From NCBI GenBank assembly GCA_963720565.1, contig CAVRFW010000009.1, forward strand, positions 384,001 through 448,000: 64,000 nucleotides of DNA, written 5' to 3'. Of the stretch, positions 63,400-64,000 are shown in pieces (position 1 is the stretch's first letter; each line of letters starts with the position of its first letter). The notes under the pieces were generated by a model that had not been told where the DNA came from, ran no database searches, and saw only the letters and a list, made by a program, of their open reading frames with translations. The position numbers and the translations under genes were made by a program. This DNA comes from Candidatus Bathyarchaeota archaeon. Lineage in GTDB: Archaea; Thermoproteota; Bathyarchaeia; Bathyarchaeales; Bathycorpusculaceae.

Positions 63400-63654
63400 A
63401 TTAGGGACATTGAGGGATGGAAGAGAATCGACAATGAGAGAGGTTACCTGAATATCACGACAGGGCAGAATCTCGTTGTTTCGAAGAAACAGTTTGGTCA
63501 GCACTACCTAGTTCTCCTGTTTTCGGAAGTGGGAAGCAGTGATGAAGGTGCAAAAATATCGCCCGAGTACGCGACAGAATCAAAAGCTGAAGCCTTTGCA
63601 TTCAAATGGATGAAAAAACACCCAAAAGGGGTGCCTGGACCTATAGAAGAGTAG
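63400..63654 (+). CDS. Unannotated 84-aa protein with no canonical start (ATT or upstream frameshift)
   Basis: Open frame IRDIEGWKRIDNERGY...AEAFAFKWMKKHPKG...*. Confidence 0.5.
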   Translation: MRDIEGWKRIDNERGYLNITTGQNLVVSKKQFGQHYLVLLFSEVGSSDEGAKISPEYATESKAEAFAFKWMKKHPKGVPGPIEE

Positions 63655-63808
63655 CTGGTTACTTTCAGGTCTGAAAATTTTAGATCGTGGTGTATTCTTT
63701 TTGCAAGATTAGTACAAACGGAAGATTTGTGCATATTGTATTGACAAAAGAGCTTTTCCACATCAACAAAACAGCAATATGAACATGAAGCGTTTTGTTG
63801 TGCACGAT

Positions 63809-64000
63809 TTATGAGAGTTTGATGTGCATGGCTCTCAGCGCGTAGGCTGCCGAGGTCTTTACGGCTGAGATACCGTATGTCCCGCCTCTACGCATCATCT
63901 TTATAACATATCCTGGACGCAGGTAGAATTCTTGATATGCCTTGTAGCGGATTTCCGCCAGTCTCTTCATACTCAGCCAGGGCGTTTCGAAAGTCGGTCC
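63809..64000 (-). CDS. 3' end of a probable B12-binding radical SAM gene running off the window
   Basis: PTFETPWLS...AYQEFYLRPGY C-terminal pattern. Confidence 0.55.
   Translation of the reverse strand, partial: GPTFETPWLSMKRLAEIRYKAYQEFYLRPGYVIKMMRRGGTYGISAVKTSAAYALRAMHIKLS

Overview
Archaeal chromosomal segment, most likely Bathyarchaeia. This rests on an eL22-like ribosomal protein, a CdvA-like coiled coil, an Elf1-like Zn ribbon, PEF-CTERM sorting tails, 'MKKTALAL...GLLVYFKK' secreted proteins, BRE/TATA promoters and an intron-less tRNA-Lys(UUU). The first ~10 kb is accessory: small unrelated genes and pseudogenes separated by a recurring asymmetric motif (GTGCGTAGAGAAAACT-like), which looks like a cassette array, although no integrase lies in the window. 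Short (GC)n tracts mark several gene-truncation points throughout. The middle holds housekeeping and envelope genes (ThiI-like, GT2, HIT, ABC exporters, Lhr helicase next to a DUF2400-endonuclease fusion, presenilin-like and S2P proteases, ApgM, RNase J-like, Hsp20), a candidate box C/D sRNA and two in-gene tandem repeats. At 46.4-53.1 kb is an unexplained cluster: two phospho-His 'swivel' proteins without an ATP-grasp partner, two paralogous 'WxESYYF/GQRD' proteins and two Fe-S proteins. The right end is a nucleoside uptake/salvage locus. Many single-base frameshifts in conserved genes suggest read or assembly errors. All family assignments come from motif recognition by eye; no searches were run.
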